This document shows, piece after piece, positions 61,033-64,000 of a stretch of DNA of 64,000 bases. The notes beneath the pieces were generated by a model. It saw only the letters and a list, made by a program, of their open reading frames with translations, was not told the origin of the DNA and searched no databases. Each line of letters starts with the position of its first letter. Position 1 is the stretch's first letter. A program made the translations under genes and the position numbers. The stretch is from an uncultured Actinomycetes bacterium (GTDB lineage: Bacteria > Actinomycetota > Actinomycetes > S36-B12 > UBA10799): NCBI GenBank assembly GCA_964474045.1, contig CAYYRC010000012.1, positions 4,318 through 68,317 of the forward strand, in the 5' to 3' direction.

Positions 61033-62606
61033 GCGCCAGCTCCGCGCGCTGCTGCGACGGCCGACGGGATCGCGGCCAGCACGTCCTCGCTGACAATCGG
61101 ACGCCCGCCGACCGCGGCAAGGCACCCTGCGATGCCGTGCAGGAAGGCCCCGGCAGCCGCAGTGCGCCGAACCTCGGTCGCGTCGGGCTCGCCCTGGTAC
61201 CGCTGCGCGGCAAGCATCGAGCCGATCAGACCGGCCAGCACATCTCCGCTGCCGGCCGTGGCGAGATCCGGCGGAGCCGACGCCGAGACGCTGGCCGGCC
61301 CGTCGGGGGTCGCGACGATGGTCACGGCTCCCTTGAGCAGCACAACACTGCGCAACTCCGTGGCCAACCGGCGCACGGCCTCAGCCCTTCCCCCGCTGTG
61401 GTCCAGCTGCCCCCCCAGTCGGGCGAACTCCCCGGCATGAGGCGTGAAGAGCGTCGGCGCCCGCCGCGCCGTCACCGACGAACGCAGCTGGGAATCCTGC
61501 GCGATGAGCGTGATCGCGTCGGCATCGACCAGGATCGGCACCGCCATGGCCAGCACCTCGGTCAACCGGGCGCGCGCCGCGTCGTCCGTTCCGCCGCCGG
61601 GCCCAACGATCCAGGCCTCGGCGCGTCCGGCCTCGGCCGGCCCCTCGCGGGCCGGGACGACCTCCGGCCAGCGGGTGACGACGGGGTCCGGCGCGCCCCC
61701 CGCGTAGCGGACCATGCCGACGCCGCCGAACCGGGCCGCTCCCGTGCACAGGATGCCCGCGCCGGGATACCGCTCCGACCCGGCGACCACTCCGACCACC
61801 CCGCGGGTGTATTTGTCGTCCTCGCGGGTGGGCCGGGCGACGAAACCGGCAGCGACCGGCGTCGTCATGACCTCGACAGCTGCGGCGTCCGACTGCAGGT
61901 AGGGGCCGAGGCCGATGTCCACCAGCGTGACGGCGCCTGCCCGCCAGCAGCCGTCCGGCAGGACGAGGCCCGCCTTCAGGGCACCGAACGTCACTGTGAG
62001 CTCCGCTTGCACACACGCGTTCGGATCAGCCACGACGCCGGTGTCCGGGTCGATGCCCGAGGGCAGGTCGACGGCGATGATCCGACCCGCGGCGGCGCGC
62101 GCCAGCCGCGCGGCATCCGGACGCAGCGGCCCCGAGCCGCCGATGCCCACGATGCCGTCCAGCACTAGATCCGCTTGGGCTGCGATCTGCGCGGCTCCCG
62201 CCGCATCGGCGCCGGGCAGCGCCGTGGCGGCGGCGAGCACCCGCCCGCCGGCGCGCCGCACCGCCTCCGCGCCTGCCGGATGCAGCTTCGCCGACAGCGC
62301 CAGCACATCCACCCGGGCACCGCGGGTGGCCAACTCGGCGGCGGCGAACAGCGCATCGCCGCCGTTGTTGCCCGAACCCGCCAGCACCGCGACGCGGGCA
62401 CCGGCCAGCGGTCGGTCCCGCGCCGATGCCAGCCACTGGCGGCTGGCTGCCGCCAGACCGCGGGCGGCGCGTGCCATCAGGGCACCCTCGGGGACTGCCG
62501 CCATCGCCGCCGCCTCGGCCGCACGGACCTGTGCCACGTTGTAGGCAACCGCCGCCGACGGCTCCACCAGCCCGACCGGCAGCGACGAGGACGCAGTCAT
62601 GCTCAC
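61029..62606 (-). CDS. nnr: Bifunctional NAD(P)H-hydrate epimerase / ADP-dependent dehydratase
   Basis: 525 aa. N-terminal YjeF_N region (GSGNNGGDALFAA) and C-terminal carbohydrate-kinase-like region (GSGDVLAGLIGSMLA). Confidence 0.85.
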   Translation of the reverse strand: MSMTASSSLPVGLVEPSAAVAYNVAQVRAAEAAAMAAVPEGALMARAARGLAAASRQWLASARDRPLAGARVAVLAGSGNNGGDALFAAAELATRGARVDVLALSAKLHPAGAEAVRRAGGRVLAAATALPGADAAGAAQIAAQADLVLDGIVGIGGSGPLRPDAARLARAAAGRIIAVDLPSGIDPDTGVVADPNACVQAELTVTFGALKAGLVLPDGCWRAGAVTLVDIGLGPYLQSDAAAVEVMTTPVAAGFVARPTREDDKYTRGVVGVVAGSERYPGAGILCTGAARFGGVGMVRYAGGAPDPVVTRWPEVVPAREGPAEAGRAEAWIVGPGGGTDDAARARLTEVLAMAVPILVDADAITLIAQDSQLRSSVTARRAPTLFTPHAGEFARLGGQLDHSGGRAEAVRRLATELRSVVLLKGAVTIVATPDGPASVSASAPPDLATAGSGDVLAGLIGSMLAAQRYQGEPDATEVRRTAAAGAFLHGIAGCLAAVGGRPIVSEDVLAAIPSAVAAARGAGA

Positions 62607-64000
62607 TCGACCGTGACGCTCTTGGCCAAGTTGCGGGGCTGGTCGACGTCATGGCCCTTGACTGTGGCCATCTCGCAGGCGAACACCTGCAGCGGGACGG
62701 TACTGACCAGCGGCTGCATGAGGGTCGGCACGGCGGGAACCCGGACGACATGGTCGGCGTAGGCCAGAACGCCCTCGTCGCCCTCCTCCGCGATCACGAT
62801 CGTCACGGCGCCGCGGGCGCGGACCTCCTGGATGTTCGACACGATCTTCTCGTGCAACACGCTGCGACCTTGCGGCGACGGCGCGACCACGACCACCGGA
62901 ACACCCTGCTCGATCAGCGCGATCGGGCCGTGCTTGAGCTCACCAGCCGCGAAGCCCTCGGCGTGCATGTAGGCGAGTTCTTTGAGTTTGAGCGCCCCCT
63001 CGAGGGCGACCGGGAAGCCTACGTGGCGGCCGATGAAGAGCACCGAGGTCGCATGCGCGAACTCCCTGGCGAGGGCACGCACGCCGTCGGTGGTGTCCAG
63101 CACCAGGTCAACGGCGTTGGGCATGTCGGACAACTCGTCCACCACCGCGCGGATCTCATCGGCGAATTTGTTGCCGCGGACCTGCGCCAGGTAGAGCGCC
63201 ACCAGGTAGCACGCCACGATCTGGGTCAGGAAGGCCTTGGTCGAGGCGACCGCGATCTCCGGACCCGCGTAGGTGTACAGCGCGGCGTCGGACTCGCGCG
63301 GGATAGTCGCTCCCTGGGTGTTGCAGATGGCGAGCACCTTCGCACCCTGCGCCCGCGCGTGGCGCAGCGCCATCAGTGTGTCCATCGTCTCGCCGGACTG
63401 CGAGATCGCGATCACCAGCGTCCGCTGGTCCACGATCGGGTCGCGGTAGCGGAACTCGCTGGCCAGCTCCACCTCACAGGGGATGCGGGTCCAGTGCTCG
63501 ATGGCGTACTTCGCGACCATGCCGGCGTGGTAGGCGGTGCCGCAGGCGATGATGATCACCTTGCCGACATCGCGCAGCTCCGCGTCGGTCAGCCGCATAT
63601 CGTCCAGCTGCAGCTCGCCCTGTCGGTTGATGCGGCCGAGCAGCGTGTCCGCGACGGCGCGCGGCTGCTCGGCGATCTCCTTCAGCATGAAGAGGTCGTA
63701 GCCGCCCTTCTCGGCGGCTGACGCGTCCCAGGTGACCTCGAACTCGGTGACCTCGGCGGGGGCGCCGTCGAAGTCGGTGACCTCAACACCCTCGCGGGTC
63801 AACACGACCACCTGGTCCTGGCCGAGCTCCAGCGCCCGCCTGGTGTGGGCGATGAACGCCGCCACGTCCGAGGCCAGGAAGTTCTCGCCCTCGCCGAGCC
63901 CGACGACCAGCGGCGAGTTGCGCCGGGCGCCGACCAGCAGGTCCGGCTGGTCGGCGTCGATGGCCACCAGCGTGAAGGCTCCGTCGAGGCGGCGGCAGAC
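62603..64000 (-). CDS. glmS: Glutamine--fructose-6-phosphate aminotransferase (C-terminal about 465 aa; N-terminus beyond window end)
   Basis: Tandem SIS domains (ISQSGETMDT, EGALKLKE) and a C-terminal LAKSVTVE. The frame stays open to position 64000 (own translation: VCRRLDGAFTLVAIDADQP). Confidence 0.93.
   Translation of the reverse strand, partial: VCRRLDGAFTLVAIDADQPDLLVGARRNSPLVVGLGEGENFLASDVAAFIAHTRRALELGQDQVVVLTREGVEVTDFDGAPAEVTEFEVTWDASAAEKGGYDLFMLKEIAEQPRAVADTLLGRINRQGELQLDDMRLTDAELRDVGKVIIIACGTAYHAGMVAKYAIEHWTRIPCEVELASEFRYRDPIVDQRTLVIAISQSGETMDTLMALRHARAQGAKVLAICNTQGATIPRESDAALYTYAGPEIAVASTKAFLTQIVACYLVALYLAQVRGNKFADEIRAVVDELSDMPNAVDLVLDTTDGVRALAREFAHATSVLFIGRHVGFPVALEGALKLKELAYMHAEGFAAGELKHGPIALIEQGVPVVVVAPSPQGRSVLHEKIVSNIQEVRARGAVTIVIAEEGDEGVLAYADHVVRVPAVPTLMQPLVSTVPLQVFACEMATVKGHDVDQPRNLAKSVTVE

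Overview
This is a densely coding, roughly 70% GC window with the gene content and order typical of Actinomycetota, matching the known Mycobacterium/Streptomyces arrangement. About 58 protein genes are supportable. I saw no rRNA, tRNA, CRISPR array, transposase or integrase. In order, the window holds:

- **1-21.5 kb:** a central-metabolism block with an LpdA-like flavoprotein, sdhCDAB, trpS, icd, mdh, folD, purNH, perM-like and sucCD. It is bracketed by the two separately encoded halves of a split B12-dependent acyl-CoA mutase.
- **21.5-41.3 kb:** pcrA, a PAS-GGDEF protein, guaA, a GMC oxidoreductase, an aldehyde dehydrogenase, guaB3/guaB, a LuxR-type response regulator, a MerR regulator, whiB and groEL/groES with two CIRCE operators.
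- **55.9-64 kb:** the long overlapping operon glmS-nnr-alr-hydrolase-tsaE-tsaB-rimI-tsaD.
- **41.4-55.7 kb (least ordinary):** about 14.4 kb wedged between groES and tsaD, which abut in the mycobacterial arrangement. It has three units:
  - HlyD, two ABC half-transporters, a leaderless class-A beta-lactamase-fold protein and a SAM methyltransferase. No precursor gene or C39 peptidase domain is present.
  - A divergent unit with a MurD-type ligase outside any dcw context, a DUF218/SanA-like protein, a THUMP-like methyltransferase, a TPR protein and an ECF sigma factor.
  - A convergent unit with a DUF4352 protein and a Ser/Thr kinase of inverted topology, whose 3' end overlaps the sigma gene by 26 nt.

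All functional calls rest on motif recognition in the translated ORFs and remembered family knowledge; no database search was possible. Many long ORFs in the supplied track are antisense or alternate-frame artefacts of high-GC DNA, and I trimmed or rejected them.
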